Positions 1 through 10,135 are shown, numbered from the stretch's first letter. The stretch: DNA of 42,527 nt from Pseudolabrys sp. (GCA_035689725.1 DASSLE010000092.1:1-42527); one strand, 5' to 3'. Notes: generated by a model from the sequence alone, not told the origin. Numbers and translations: made by a program.

Positions 1-947
1 CCCGTCAGCTTGAACGAAACCACCTGCACGATTACCGATACTGCTTCCAGCACAAACAGCCCGCCGACGATGGCAAGCACGATCTCGTGTTTGATGGCGA
101 CCGCGACCGCACCGAGCATGCCGCCGAGCGACAGCGAACCGGTGTCGCCCATGAAGATCGAGGCTGGCGGAGCGTTGAACCAAAGAAAGCCGAGGCCAGC
201 GCCGATCACCGCGCCGCATAACACCGCAAGCTCGCCGGTGCCGGCAACATAATGGATCTGCAAATATTCGGCGAAGACTGCGTTACCCGCGAGATACGAG
301 ATAAGGCCGAAGGTTGCCGCCGCGATCATGACCGGCACGATCGCCAAACCGTCGAGGCCGTCAGTCAGATTAACCGCGTTCCCCGCGCCGACGATAACGA
401 ACGCGCCGAGCAGCACGAAAGCCCAGCCGAGATTGAACACCAGCTCTTTGAAGAACGGGAATACGAGCGAAGTCGCAATCGGTCCGCGTCCAAGATTCGC
501 GAGCGCCGTGCAAGCCGCCACAGCGATCACCGCCTCCACGATCAGCCGCGTGCGGCCGGAAATACCGGTGTGGGTTTGTTTGATAATTTTGAGGTAATCG
601 TCATAGAAGCCTATCAGACCAAATGAGAGCGTGACTCCCAACACGACCCAAACGTAGGGGCTCTTCGGGTTTGCCCACAGCAACGTCGACATCATCAGTC
701 CGGACAAAATCATCAAGCCGCCCATCGTCGGCGTGCCCTTCTTGGTCACCAGATGCGACTGCGGGCCATCGCTCCGAATGGGCTGACCCTTGCCCTGCTT
801 GAGGCGTAAAAGGTCGATGATCGGCCCACCGAACAGGAATACGAATATCAGGGCGGTGACGATGGCACCGCCAGTTCGAAAGGTGATGTAGCGAAAGACG
901 TTGAAAAAGGAGACTTTGTCGGAAAGCTCAGTCAGCCAGTAGAACAT
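1..947 (-). CDS. mraY: phospho-N-acetylmuramoyl-pentapeptide transferase (3' end runs off the window)
   Basis: Not in the ORF track. Manual translation from ATG at 947 gives [28 protein letters not shown], with [20 protein letters not shown] and FMGDTGS motifs; directly follows murF. Confidence 0.97.
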   Translation of the reverse strand, partial: MFYWLTELSDKVSFFNVFRYITFRTGGAIVTALIFVFLFGGPIIDLLRLKQGKGQPIRSDGPQSHLVTKKGTPTMGGLMILSGLMMSTLLWANPKSPYVWVVLGVTLSFGLIGFYDDYLKIIKQTHTGISGRTRLIVEAVIAVAACTALANLGRGPIATSLVFPFFKELVFNLGWAFVLLGAFVIVGAGNAVNLTDGLDGLAIVPVMIAAATFGLISYLAGNAVFAEYLQIHYVAGTGELAVLCGAVIGAGLGFLWFNAPPASIFMGDTGSLSLGGMLGAVAVAIKHEIVLAIVGGLFVLEAVSVIVQVVSFKLT

Positions 948-966
948 TGGGTTGAACCCTGAGTAC

Positions 967-2403
967 TCACCCCTGCGCAGGCACCTGATTGAGCGCGCCC
1001 TGCCTCGGGAATTGCCGTTCCAACGCCCTGACGATCGGACCCATTTTCGAGCCGAGCGAGCCCTTCACCATCACCGCGTCGCCCGCTTGGATGGCGCCCA
1101 GTACAATTCGCTCCAGCCCCATCGCCGTATCGGCATAGCCGCCCCGGGCGCGCGAGGGAAGAGCCTCCCACAGCGCGCGCATCAGCGGCCCAGAACAGTA
1201 AACGACGTCGATACCGGCAGCCTCGATAGCGCCCGCGAGTGCGCGGTGCAGTTCGGCGCCTGTTGGTCCTAATTCCAGCATATCACCCAGCACTGCAACG
1301 CGACGGCCGCGCTTGCCGATCGGCGCCTGGCCAAGCAAAGCGATTGCCGCGCGCATGGAAGCAGGATTGGCATTGTAGCTTTCGTCAATCAGGAGCGCGT
1401 TCCCGCCAGGAACTGTCAGCATGCTACGCGTGCCGCGCCCGCTGGCAGGCTTGAGATTGCTGAGTGCGAGTGCAGCCAGCGCGAGATCCGCCCCGGCGAG
1501 CGAAACCGCAGCCAGGACCGCGAGCGAATTGAGAACGAGATGCCGGCCGGGTGCTCCGAGCTTGTAGGTGACAGTGTGCCCCAGAATGCGCGCATCGACG
1601 GTTGAGCAGTCGGCATGTAGCGAAAGGCGAACCAATCGTGCATCGGCGTCATCGTGCTCCCCGAAGGGAACGATACGCTCAATACATGCAGCCTTGGCGG
1701 CAGCCGCGAGCCGTGCATATTGCGCATTGTCACGATTAAGGACAACGGCGCCCCCCGGCTCGACGCCTGCAAAAATTTCCGCCTTGGCGTCAGCGATCTT
1801 CTCCAGCGAGCCGAAGTATTCCAGATGCACCGGCTCAACGCCGGTAACAATTGCTACATGTGGCCTTACGAGCTTCGTAAGCGGCGTGATTTCTCCGGCA
1901 TGGTTCATCCCAATCTCGAATATAGCGTATTTCGTGCTTGCGGGACAGCGCGCGAGCGATAGCGGCACACCCCAGTGATTGTTGTACGACGCAACAGAAG
2001 CATGTGTTTCGCCGTCGGCCGACAGCGCCAACCGCAATGCTTCCTTTGTGCCGGTCTTGCCGACAGAGCCGGTGACAGCGATGACTTTCGCATGCATGCG
2101 CGCACGCGCGGCTTGCGCCAGATCGCGCAAGGCTTCGAGCGCATCAGGAACGACCAAAAGTGGTGCATCGGCGAAACGCCCGCGCTGACCGCTCGACACC
2201 ACCGCGAGGCCGGCGCCGGCTTTCAGCGCATCGTCAACGAAGTCGTGGCCATCACGGTTTTCGCCCTGAATGGCGAAGAACGCCTCACCCCTGGTCAATC
2301 TGCGGCTGTCAATGGAAATGCCGGTCAAGTCCATCGGCAAAGGACCGGCGCGTTCGGCATGCATCGCCGCGGCCATGGCATCGAGCGTCCAGAGTACACT
2401 CAT
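967..2403 (-). CDS. murF: UDP-N-acetylmuramoyl-tripeptide--D-alanyl-D-alanine ligase
   Basis: [16 protein letters not shown]-loop, [38 protein letters not shown]. Start moved to ATG 2403, which has a GGAG RBS. Confidence 0.97.
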   Translation of the reverse strand: MSVLWTLDAMAAAMHAERAGPLPMDLTGISIDSRRLTRGEAFFAIQGENRDGHDFVDDALKAGAGLAVVSSGQRGRFADAPLLVVPDALEALRDLAQAARARMHAKVIAVTGSVGKTGTKEALRLALSADGETHASVASYNNHWGVPLSLARCPASTKYAIFEIGMNHAGEITPLTKLVRPHVAIVTGVEPVHLEYFGSLEKIADAKAEIFAGVEPGGAVVLNRDNAQYARLAAAAKAACIERIVPFGEHDDADARLVRLSLHADCSTVDARILGHTVTYKLGAPGRHLVLNSLAVLAAVSLAGADLALAALALSNLKPASGRGTRSMLTVPGGNALLIDESYNANPASMRAAIALLGQAPIGKRGRRVAVLGDMLELGPTGAELHRALAGAIEAAGIDVVYCSGPLMRALWEALPSRARGGYADTAMGLERIVLGAIQAGDAVMVKGSLGSKMGPIVRALERQFPRQGALNQVPAQG

Positions 2404-2534
2404 GCGATTTCTCCAAGGCTTATCCCGGGCGCACCCGAGATCGCACCGGAGTCGGAGATTGAAACGGTGCTGGGTCTGCATCGCAACACTGCCTGTCGCG
2501 ATGCGCCTGGCGCAGGAAGGTCGATCGGGATCAT
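2400..2534 (-). other. palindromic insert forming a 44-aa small ORF between murE and murF
   Basis: ATG 2534-2532 overlaps the murE TGA and TGA 2402-2400 overlaps the murF ATG, with no internal stop. Contains nested inverted repeats. Confidence 0.55.
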
Positions 2535-3979
2535 GCCACTTTGCCCTGCAGGGCCGCTGCCACGGCCTCGTGGTCCGAGAACGGCACAATGCGATCGCCG
2601 ATGATCTGCCCCGCCTCGTGGCCCTTGCCCGCGATCAGCAGCGCGTCACCGGCCTCAAGCTCCGCAATAGCCTTCCGAATAGCCTCGGCACGATCGCTAA
2701 TTTCTGCGGCACCCGGCGCATCGGCGAGAATGGCAGCACGGATTGCGGCCGGGTTTTCGCTGCGCGGGTTGTCATCGGTCACGATGACGCGGTCGGCATT
2801 CTCTGCCGCGATCCGGCCCATGATTGGGCGTTTACCAGTATCGCGATCGCCCCCGGCACCAAACACGACGACGAGCTTCCCGCGAGCATAAGGGCGCAGA
2901 CTCTCGAGCGCCTTCTTAAGCGCGTCCGGTTTGTGCGCGTAGTCGACGAAGATCGGCGCACCGTTGCGGGTGCCGGCAAGTTCCAGCCTGCCTTTGGCGC
3001 CGGTGAGCTTTTCCAATGCCGCGAACACGCGCGCCGGTTCGGCGCCAGTTGCTATCGCGAGCCCCGCGGCAATACCGGCGTTTTGCACCTGAAAGGCGCC
3101 AACAAGCGGCAACCTGACCCTATACGTGCGCCGATCATGAGCAACTGTGATCATTTGTGCGAAACCGTCGATGGACGCGCTGACCAGTTTGATGTCTGCA
3201 CCGTGTTCGCCCACGGCAATGATTTTGAGACCGCGCTTCTTCGCTATGTCGATGACCTGTCCTGCATAACAATCGTCAACGCCAATCACCGCCGTCCCGC
3301 CCGCCACGATCAAGTCCTCGAACAGGTGGAGCTTGGCGGCGAGATAGGCCTCGATGGTCGGATGATAGTCGAGATGGTCACGCGAGAGATTGGTGAAGGC
3401 GCCTGCTACAATTCGCACACCGTCGAGCCGGTGCTGATCGAGGCCATGAGAGGAAGCTTCGAGTGCGAGATGCGTCACGCCCTCGCCTGCCAATTGATCG
3501 AGAGTGCGATGTAGCTCGATCGGGTCGGGCGTCGTCAACGAACCGTGGTGCTCGCCCTTGGGCGACACCACGCCGATGGTGCCAATACTCGCCGATTGGT
3601 AGCCGAGCGTAGTCCATATCTGCCGGGTAAATGCGGCGACCGAGGTTTTCCCGCTCGTGCCGGTGACGGCGGCGATTGTTTCCGGCTGGCAAGGAAAGAG
3701 TTTTGCTGCCGCCAGCGCGAGTGTGCGGCGCGGGTTGTTCACGCGGATAAATGCGACCGCGTCAGACAATGCCGCGGGCCGCTGCTCGGCCGCGACGGCA
3801 ATGGCGCCGGCGCTAACGGCTTGCCTGGCAAAATGCGCACCATTGGCCTTGGCGCCTGCAATGGCGACAAAGAGGAATCCGGGCTTCACTCTGCGACTGT
3901 CGGCGGTCACGCTCTCGACCTCGATTGCGCCCAGGCGCTCGTCGGTCGCAGCCTCCGGCAGAAGATCGCGCAGCTTCAC
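2531..3979 (-). CDS. murE: UDP-N-acetylmuramoyl-L-alanyl-D-glutamate--2,6-diaminopimelate ligase
   Basis: VTGTSGKTS, LTTPD, EASSHGLDQHR, DYAHKPDA, DDNPR (DAP-type motif), AGKGHE. Confidence 0.98.
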   Translation of the reverse strand: MKLRDLLPEAATDERLGAIEVESVTADSRRVKPGFLFVAIAGAKANGAHFARQAVSAGAIAVAAEQRPAALSDAVAFIRVNNPRRTLALAAAKLFPCQPETIAAVTGTSGKTSVAAFTRQIWTTLGYQSASIGTIGVVSPKGEHHGSLTTPDPIELHRTLDQLAGEGVTHLALEASSHGLDQHRLDGVRIVAGAFTNLSRDHLDYHPTIEAYLAAKLHLFEDLIVAGGTAVIGVDDCYAGQVIDIAKKRGLKIIAVGEHGADIKLVSASIDGFAQMITVAHDRRTYRVRLPLVGAFQVQNAGIAAGLAIATGAEPARVFAALEKLTGAKGRLELAGTRNGAPIFVDYAHKPDALKKALESLRPYARGKLVVVFGAGGDRDTGKRPIMGRIAAENADRVIVTDDNPRSENPAAIRAAILADAPGAAEISDRAEAIRKAIAELEAGDALLIAGKGHEAGQIIGDRIVPFSDHEAVAAALQGKVA

Positions 3980-5721
3980 CGGGCTTCCTTCGCACTCACC
4001 AGCAGCATTTGGTCGGCCTTGGGCAGATCGAAGCGCGGTGGAATGCTGAGCAGCGGGGCTACCCGCTCGATCACCTGGGCGCCGACTGGCACCGCATTCC
4101 AGCCCGAGGTCGTGAAGCCATGGGTCTCGGGTAGACCGTGCGGTTCATCAAGCATGATCAACAACAGATAGCGCGGCTTGTCGGCTGGCAATATGGCGGT
4201 GAAACTGGTCAAGACTTTGATCTTGGAGTAGCGCCCGCCGACTACTTTGTCCGAGGTGCCGGTTTTGCCGCCAACATAATAGCCCGGCACATTGGCCCGC
4301 GTCGCGGTGCCTTTTTCCACGTTGAGGCGCATCAGATAGCGCATTTTATCAGCGGTTTCCGGCTTAATTACGCGTCTGGCGAGCTTATCTGCTTCAGCCT
4401 GATCCCTTTTGAGGAAAGTCGGCGGAATCATCTTGCCGCCGTTGACCAGCGCGGAAATGCCCATCACGGCCTGAAGGGGTGCCACCGAAAGGCCGTGACC
4501 GAACGCGATGGTGACGGTGTTGAGCTCACCCCAATGCTTGGGTACCAACGGGTCTGCGCTTTCCGGCAGCTCCGTACGCAATCGATCGAGTTGGCCAAGC
4601 TTTTTCAGAAACGCCTTGTGATATTCAACGCCGAGTGTGAGCGCCATGCGCGCGGTGCCGATATTGGACGAATAGGTGAAGATTTCTGGCACCGTGAGCA
4701 CGCGCTTCTGCGCATGGTAGTCGTTGATCTCGAATTTCCCGTAACGCAGCGGCAGACGCGCGTCGAAAGAAGACGTTAGCGAGATACGACCACTATCGAG
4801 CGCCATCGCCAGCGTCAGAGCTTTGAACGTAGAGCCCATTTCATAAACGCCGGTAGTCAGGCGGTTAAGGTGGTTCGGGTCATTGGCCTCTCGCGGATTG
4901 TTTGGATCGAAGTCGGGCTCCGATACCATGGCAACAATCTCGCCGGTGTTGACATCGGCAATCACGCCGGCTGAAGCCTTGGCCTTATACTTTTCGCGCG
5001 CAGCGATGAGTTCGTCGCGCAGCGCGAATTGCACACGCAGGTCGACCGCAAGTGTCACTGGTCGCTGTAGCTGGTCGGTGGCCAATCCCGCCATATGCAA
5101 TGCGGCGAGTCCTTGACCATCGAGCCACTTTTCAATGCCGGCGATACCCTGGTTGTCGATGTTCACGTGTCCGATTTCATGCGAGACCACTGGTCCATTG
5201 GGATAGACGCGCTTGTTCTCAGTCAGGAACCCGACGCCGGGAATACCGAGGCGATGAATCTCCTGCTGCTGGCTCGACGTAATTTCGCGTTTGAGCCACA
5301 CGAAACCTCGCTTCGACGACAAGCGTTCACGAACCTCGTTTGCGTCGAGATCCGGCAACACTGCCGTGAGCAATTCAACCGCTTCATCCACATCGAGGAT
5401 CTTGCGCGGCTCGGCGAACAGCGACGGCGTTTTCACGTCGGTGGCGAGGATTTCCCCATTACGATCGAGGATGTCGGGACGTGCAGTAGCGACGGCATCT
5501 TGCGCAACACTGCGGCGGCCGCCATGGCCTTCACTTACCGTCGCGAACATCACCAGGCGTACGGCGATGATCGAAAAGATGCCGGCGAACACAAGGATGG
5601 CAAGGCCGAGCCGTGCCTTCGCCTTCACGTTGCGGTCAACGTCGCGGCCGTAGAGCAACGAACGCAGAACGCGCTGCCAGCGGCTTTCGGCTTGCTTCTT
5701 CGGTCCGTGCATTGCGGTCAC
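3976..5721 (-). CDS. ftsI: cell division transpeptidase FtsI / PBP3
   Basis: N-terminal TM helix, RPDILDRNG, SxxK (GSTFK), SxN (SSN) and KTG motifs; dcw position. Confidence 0.96.
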   Translation of the reverse strand: MTAMHGPKKQAESRWQRVLRSLLYGRDVDRNVKAKARLGLAILVFAGIFSIIAVRLVMFATVSEGHGGRRSVAQDAVATARPDILDRNGEILATDVKTPSLFAEPRKILDVDEAVELLTAVLPDLDANEVRERLSSKRGFVWLKREITSSQQQEIHRLGIPGVGFLTENKRVYPNGPVVSHEIGHVNIDNQGIAGIEKWLDGQGLAALHMAGLATDQLQRPVTLAVDLRVQFALRDELIAAREKYKAKASAGVIADVNTGEIVAMVSEPDFDPNNPREANDPNHLNRLTTGVYEMGSTFKALTLAMALDSGRISLTSSFDARLPLRYGKFEINDYHAQKRVLTVPEIFTYSSNIGTARMALTLGVEYHKAFLKKLGQLDRLRTELPESADPLVPKHWGELNTVTIAFGHGLSVAPLQAVMGISALVNGGKMIPPTFLKRDQAEADKLARRVIKPETADKMRYLMRLNVEKGTATRANVPGYYVGGKTGTSDKVVGGRYSKIKVLTSFTAILPADKPRYLLLIMLDEPHGLPETHGFTTSGWNAVPVGAQVIERVAPLLSIPPRFDLPKADQMLLVSAKEAR

Positions 5722-6089
5722 CTCGGCCGAGGCAGCAGCACGCTGCCAGTCGTTTCGGACGCAGGTGCGAGCATAGCGCCGATCGGATCGTTGCCAGGCT
5801 GCGGCACAATCGCGGGCGGGTGCTCGGGCAACCGGTCGAGGTTATCGAATTGGGTCGGTTTGATTGGCTGTAGCGCCAAATGGCGGTCGGCCAATCCTTG
5901 TATCCGGGCGGGCGTATCAAGCTTCGCCCATTCGGCGCGCAGTATGGCGATAGCGTTGCGCTCGCGGCGCAGTTCGCTCCGCAGCTGGGCGACTCGCTCG
6001 GCCTGGAGGGTGGAATCGAACTTAATCTTGTATACAAAAGACGCCGCCAGAATGAGCGCGCCGATGACGAGAAGGTTCAGCAGGCGCAT
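5718..6089 (-). CDS. ftsL: cell division protein FtsL
   Basis: TM helix plus coiled coil (LRAEWAKLDTPARIQGLA); lies between rsmH and ftsI with an ATGA overlap. Confidence 0.88.
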   Translation of the reverse strand: MRLLNLLVIGALILAASFVYKIKFDSTLQAERVAQLRSELRRERNAIAILRAEWAKLDTPARIQGLADRHLALQPIKPTQFDNLDRLPEHPPAIVPQPGNDPIGAMLAPASETTGSVLLPRPR

Positions 6090-6091
6090 GC

Positions 6092-7123
6092 TTACCGTCC
6101 TCTCAGGACTTCGGCGAGTGATGGCAAACGCGGCAACAGGTCGGATGGCACGCCAGCCCGCGCCGGCGCATCAGTGCGCTCAACCGCGCGCAATTTGGCT
6201 GAGCGAGCGCGCGCGTTGCGCATGATCTCATCCTCATCCGCGACCACGGGTCGTTTGGTGAGAACGCGAAAGGTTAGTGTTGGACGCTTGACCTCGGGCG
6301 CGTGACGCGATCCGCCACGGGTCTCACCACGATCGGCGAAGAACGATTTGACGATCCGATCTTCAAGCGAATGGAATGACACCACCACCAGCCGGCCGCC
6401 GGACCTGAGAATGCGTTCGGCGGCTTGAAGTGCCGTAACCAGTTCGCCGAGTTCGTCATTAACGAAGATGCGCAACGCCTGAAAAGTACGGGTCGCCGGA
6501 TGGATATCGCCGGAGCGTGAACGTACGGCCGATGTGACGATTTCGGCAAGCGCGCGGGATGTTTCGATCGGAGCGCTGGAGCGCGCTTTGATGATAGCGC
6601 GGGCGACGGCACGCGAATGCCTCTCCTCGCCGAGTGAGAAGATAATGTCGGCGAGATCGCGCTCGCTTACAACCGCAATGATTTCGGCTGCACTAGGACC
6701 CTCGCTACCCATACGCATGTCGAGGGGCCCGTCGAGCCGGAAAGAGAAACCGCGCTCGGCCCTGTCGAGCTGCATGGAGGACACGCCGAGATCAAGCACT
6801 ACACCGTCAACTGTGTCGTATCCGACCGCGCGCGCGATCGCGTCGAGGTTGGAAAAGCGATCCTCGACAAGTGTCAGACGGCCTTTGGCTTGCTCGACCA
6901 GGTCCGCCCCCAAGGCGATGGCGGTCTGATCACGGTCGATGCCGAGCACTTTACTTTGGGCGGCCGCCAGGATCGCGCGCGTATAGCCGCCAGCGCCAAA
7001 GGTGCCGTCGATATAAATGCCGCCATCACGAGGCTGGAGAAACTCAACCACGGGGCGGCCGAGCACGGGAATGTGGAGGGCCAGTCCGCCAGCGACAGCC
7101 GAGCCGCCGCCGCCCGCCGTCAT
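6092..7123 (-). CDS. rsmH: 16S rRNA m4C1402 methyltransferase
   Basis: [47 protein letters not shown]. Start set at ATG 7123, overlapping the mraZ stop. Confidence 0.97.
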   Translation of the reverse strand: MTAGGGGSAVAGGLALHIPVLGRPVVEFLQPRDGGIYIDGTFGAGGYTRAILAAAQSKVLGIDRDQTAIALGADLVEQAKGRLTLVEDRFSNLDAIARAVGYDTVDGVVLDLGVSSMQLDRAERGFSFRLDGPLDMRMGSEGPSAAEIIAVVSERDLADIIFSLGEERHSRAVARAIIKARSSAPIETSRALAEIVTSAVRSRSGDIHPATRTFQALRIFVNDELGELVTALQAAERILRSGGRLVVVSFHSLEDRIVKSFFADRGETRGGSRHAPEVKRPTLTFRVLTKRPVVADEDEIMRNARARSAKLRAVERTDAPARAGVPSDLLPRLPSLAEVLRGR

Positions 7124-7596
7124 TCCCGTGCTCCGAGCGCGTTGCGCGCCGCCTGGGAACTCAGCTCCCCTTTGAGCGCGCGCACCTTTTGGGTGGCCTC
7201 CGCGAGCTCGCTCTGGAAACGGCCGGGCTCCCAGATCTGAAACTTGTGGCCGAGACCGACAAACGCCACCGTCTCGGTAATGCCCGCATGACGCTTGAGG
7301 TTCTCGCTCAACACCACCCGCCCCTCGCCGTCGATCTTCAGGGTCTCGCTGGTGCCATAGAGCGCCAGGGCGAGCTGTTCGCGCTGGTCGGAAAACGGGG
7401 CATAGCGCCCGATCAAGGCCTCGATCTCCACCATCAGCGCACTTCCGCCGGCGTCGATCGCGGGACGATCCAGCGCCGGATAACAGTAAAGGCCCTCGAA
7501 GCTGTCGCGGCCGAGCACTGCGCGAAACGAACCAGGGATCGAGACGCGTCCCTTGGAGTCGAGCCGCAGCGTGAAATTCGCCACGAAGCGGTCCAT
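7120..7596 (-). CDS. mraZ: division/cell wall cluster transcriptional repressor MraZ
   Basis: Two DxxGR repeats ([19 protein letters not shown]) and [11 protein letters not shown]; first gene of the dcw cluster; start at ATG 7596. Confidence 0.95.
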   Translation of the reverse strand: MDRFVANFTLRLDSKGRVSIPGSFRAVLGRDSFEGLYCYPALDRPAIDAGGSALMVEIEALIGRYAPFSDQREQLALALYGTSETLKIDGEGRVVLSENLKRHAGITETVAFVGLGHKFQIWEPGRFQSELAEATQKVRALKGELSSQAARNALGARE

Positions 7597-7702
7597 ACCC
7601 CGCACTCCATGCCGACTTGACGCAACCAAGGGCGCTCTTGGGATACCTACCGACGACATTTAGCCGGGTCAGCGTTGCGCCTGATAACGTCATGTCCCGG
7701 TT

Positions 7703-7742
7703 TGGGAAATTTTGGGATATCATGGGATTATATGGCCGTCAA
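7703..7742 (-). promoter_or_regulatory. mraZ promoter overlapped by MraZ-binding repeats
   Basis: Plus-strand TGGGA at 7703, 7713, 7723 and TGGCC at 7733 (10-bp period). Minus-strand TTGACG (7742-7737), 17-nt spacer, TATCCC (7719-7714). Confidence 0.8.
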
Positions 7743-7858
7743 GAAATCGGCGCAAATCCTCCCGAGGCACGCCGTTGCGGCAGATCAACGCCATTAACGG
7801 CGGTTAAACTTAAAGAAACGTTGCCGAATTCCGGCCTGCACCGGGTCCTAGTGAAGTC

Positions 7859-8599
7859 ATGTGGATTGGAGTGTTCAGTGACATTCACGCCAACCGCGAA
7901 GCACTCGAGGCAAGCCTCGACCACGCGCGCCGCGGCGGCATCGATCGCTTTATCTTTCTCGGCGACTACGTCGGTTACGGCGCCGACCCCGGCTTTGCAA
8001 TCGACACGGTGATGCGCGAGGTCGAGAGCGGCGCGGTGGCCCTTCTGGGCAACCATGACGCGGCCATCGCCAGTGGCACCGGTGGCATGAACTCGATTGC
8101 GGCTGAGGCGATCGACTGGACGCGGCCGAAGCTCGATGCCACCCAGCGCGAATTCCTCACCCAATTGCCCCTGACCTTCGAAGATGGTGGCCGGTTGTTC
8201 GTGCATGCCAGCGCGCACGCACCGGAGTACTGGGAGTACATTACCGATATCTCGGCGGCGTCGCGCAGCTTCATGGCGACCCGTGCGCACGCCACATTCT
8301 GCGGCCACGTGCACATCCCGGAACTTTTCCATCTGTCGCCGACCGGAAAGCTTGCCGGCTTCCAGCCGGTGCAGGCCGTGGAAATTCCGCTACTCGCGCA
8401 ACGGCGCTGGATCGCGGTGATTGGTTCGGTCGGGCAGCCGCGCGATTACAATCCGGCTGCCTGCTACGGTGCGTTTGATACGGAACGTAACGTCCTGGTC
8501 TATGTGCGCGTGCCGTATGACAACGAAGCCGCCGCGCGCAAGGTGCGCGACGCAGGGTTGCCACTGATCTTGAGTTCCCGCTTGATCGAGGGAGCTTGA
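7859..8599 (+). CDS. calcineurin-like metallophosphoesterase (putative phosphatase)
   Basis: SDIHAN, LGDYVGYG, GNHD, FVHA, GHVH and GSVGQPRD motifs. Confidence 0.93.
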   Translation: MWIGVFSDIHANREALEASLDHARRGGIDRFIFLGDYVGYGADPGFAIDTVMREVESGAVALLGNHDAAIASGTGGMNSIAAEAIDWTRPKLDATQREFLTQLPLTFEDGGRLFVHASAHAPEYWEYITDISAASRSFMATRAHATFCGHVHIPELFHLSPTGKLAGFQPVQAVEIPLLAQRRWIAVIGSVGQPRDYNPAACYGAFDTERNVLVYVRVPYDNEAAARKVRDAGLPLILSSRLIEGA

Positions 8600-8603
8600 A
8601 AAC

Positions 8604-10040
8604 ATGGATCGACACGAACTCAAAGCTGGCCAGGTAATCGACGGGTTTCGTCTCATTGAACCCCTCGAGTCCGGCGGAATGGCGAGCTTCTGGCGCGTCG
8701 CGCGCGATGGCAATGATCTGCCGATGCTGATGAAGATCCCGCTGCTGCGGCCCGGTGAAGATCCCCTCACCATCGTCGGCTACGAAGTCGAGCAAATGAT
8801 TCTACCACGTCTCATTGGGCCGCACGCGCCTCGCTTTGTCGCCGCTGGCGATTTCGACCGGCCTTACATCGTGATGGAATTTGTCGCCGGCCCGTCGGTG
8901 AAATCCCTGCTCGACAAAACGCCATTGCCGCCCGCCGAGGTTGCGACGATTGGAGCCAAGATTGCTTTTGCCCTGCACGACATCCACCGCCAGCACGTGA
9001 TCCATCTGGATTTAAAGCCGAGCAATGTGATCCTACGCGGCAACGACGCAGTGCTTATCGATTTTGGGCTGTCGCGACATGACCAACTGCCCGACCTGGT
9101 GCAGGAGGAGACGGAAGGGCCAGTCGGCACCGGCGCCTACATCTCGCCGGAGCAGGTCCTCGGCGATCGCGGCGATCCGCGCAGCGACCTATTCGCACTC
9201 GGCGTGATCCTCAATTTTTTAGCGACTGGCGAGCGTCCGTTCGGCGAGCCACAGCGCGCGGACAATTGGCGTTGGCGACTGTGGCGCGATCCCGTGCCTC
9301 CGCGTGGGCGCAACCCTGCCGTGCCACCATGGCTACAAGAGATCATCCTGCGCTGCTTGGAGGTCGATCCGGAGGCGCGTTACGCGACCGCCGCTCAACT
9401 CGCTTTCGATCTGCAGCATCCCGAACAGGTCCCCCTCACTCAGCGCGCCGTCCGCACGCGGCGTGACAGTGCTCTTACCGTCCTCTGGCGATGGTTGCGC
9501 ATAACCCGAAATCCGCCGTTGCGTTTCCGCCGCGCAGTGGCAAGCCACCTCGCCGATGCGCCCATCGTACTGGCAGCGATTGATCTTGAACCTGGCCATG
9601 AGGCGCTTAGCCAAGCTCTCGCAGTCGCAGTGCGGCGCGTACTCGCTACTGAACCAAATGCGCGGCTTGCATGCGTCAATGTCCTGAAAATCGCCCGTCT
9701 TACGCTCGATAAACTCGAGGACACGGAAGGGCGTAATCCGCACCTGGGCCGTCTGATAGAGCTCAAGCACTGGGCGCGCGCCATTCCAATAGCCCCCGAG
9801 CGCATCACCTACCATGTACTCGAATCAACTGACGCGGCGAGCCAACTGGTCGACTATGCCCGTCATAACCACGTCGACCACATCGTGATGGGCGCACGCG
9901 CAACCTCGATGTTGCGCCGTTATCTCGGCAGTGTTTCAGCGCATGTTGTCGCTCAAGCACCATGCACAGTGACCGTGGTGCGCGCGCCAGGCGACGAAAC
10001 AGCTGCGACTTCGACCGGAGCCGACATAGCGCGCGCATAA
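8604..10040 (+). CDS. Hanks-type Ser/Thr protein kinase fused to a C-terminal universal stress protein (USP) domain
   Basis: SGGMA loop, LMKIP lysine, HLDLKPSN, DFG, ISPEQ, SDLFALG; C-terminal IVLAAID...HIVMGAR...LGSVSAHVVAQAPCTVTVVR. Confidence 0.93.
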   Translation: MDRHELKAGQVIDGFRLIEPLESGGMASFWRVARDGNDLPMLMKIPLLRPGEDPLTIVGYEVEQMILPRLIGPHAPRFVAAGDFDRPYIVMEFVAGPSVKSLLDKTPLPPAEVATIGAKIAFALHDIHRQHVIHLDLKPSNVILRGNDAVLIDFGLSRHDQLPDLVQEETEGPVGTGAYISPEQVLGDRGDPRSDLFALGVILNFLATGERPFGEPQRADNWRWRLWRDPVPPRGRNPAVPPWLQEIILRCLEVDPEARYATAAQLAFDLQHPEQVPLTQRAVRTRRDSALTVLWRWLRITRNPPLRFRRAVASHLADAPIVLAAIDLEPGHEALSQALAVAVRRVLATEPNARLACVNVLKIARLTLDKLEDTEGRNPHLGRLIELKHWARAIPIAPERITYHVLESTDAASQLVDYARHNHVDHIVMGARATSMLRRYLGSVSAHVVAQAPCTVTVVRAPGDETAATSTGADIARA

Positions 10041-10135
10041 CACACAAGGCATGAACCGTATGTTATACAAGTCTTGCTTTTTTGCTCGGGCACGGTGAAT
10101 TATGCCCGCCCCACGTCCACCACCGGTTCCGGCCC

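Noticed and set aside
2270-6225. Long plus-strand ORFs (2270-3514, 5095-6225 and others) antisense to dcw genes
   Set aside because: These are shadow ORFs expected opposite GC-rich genes, with no recognisable motifs.
6092-7723. 543-aa ORF extending rsmH through the whole of mraZ
   Set aside because: The extension is an Arg/Gly/Ala-rich off-frame reading of mraZ. RsmH homology starts near 7123, where there is a normal ATGA overlap.
7728-7733. Perfect TATAAT on the minus strand upstream of mraZ
   Set aside because: It lies only a few bases from the TTGACG, so the spacing does not fit. TATCCC at 17 nt fits better.
10059-10108. TGTTATACA near-palindrome and CGGGCA/TGCCCG hairpin before the amidase
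   Set aside because: Too short to distinguish from chance, and there is no cognate regulator in the window.
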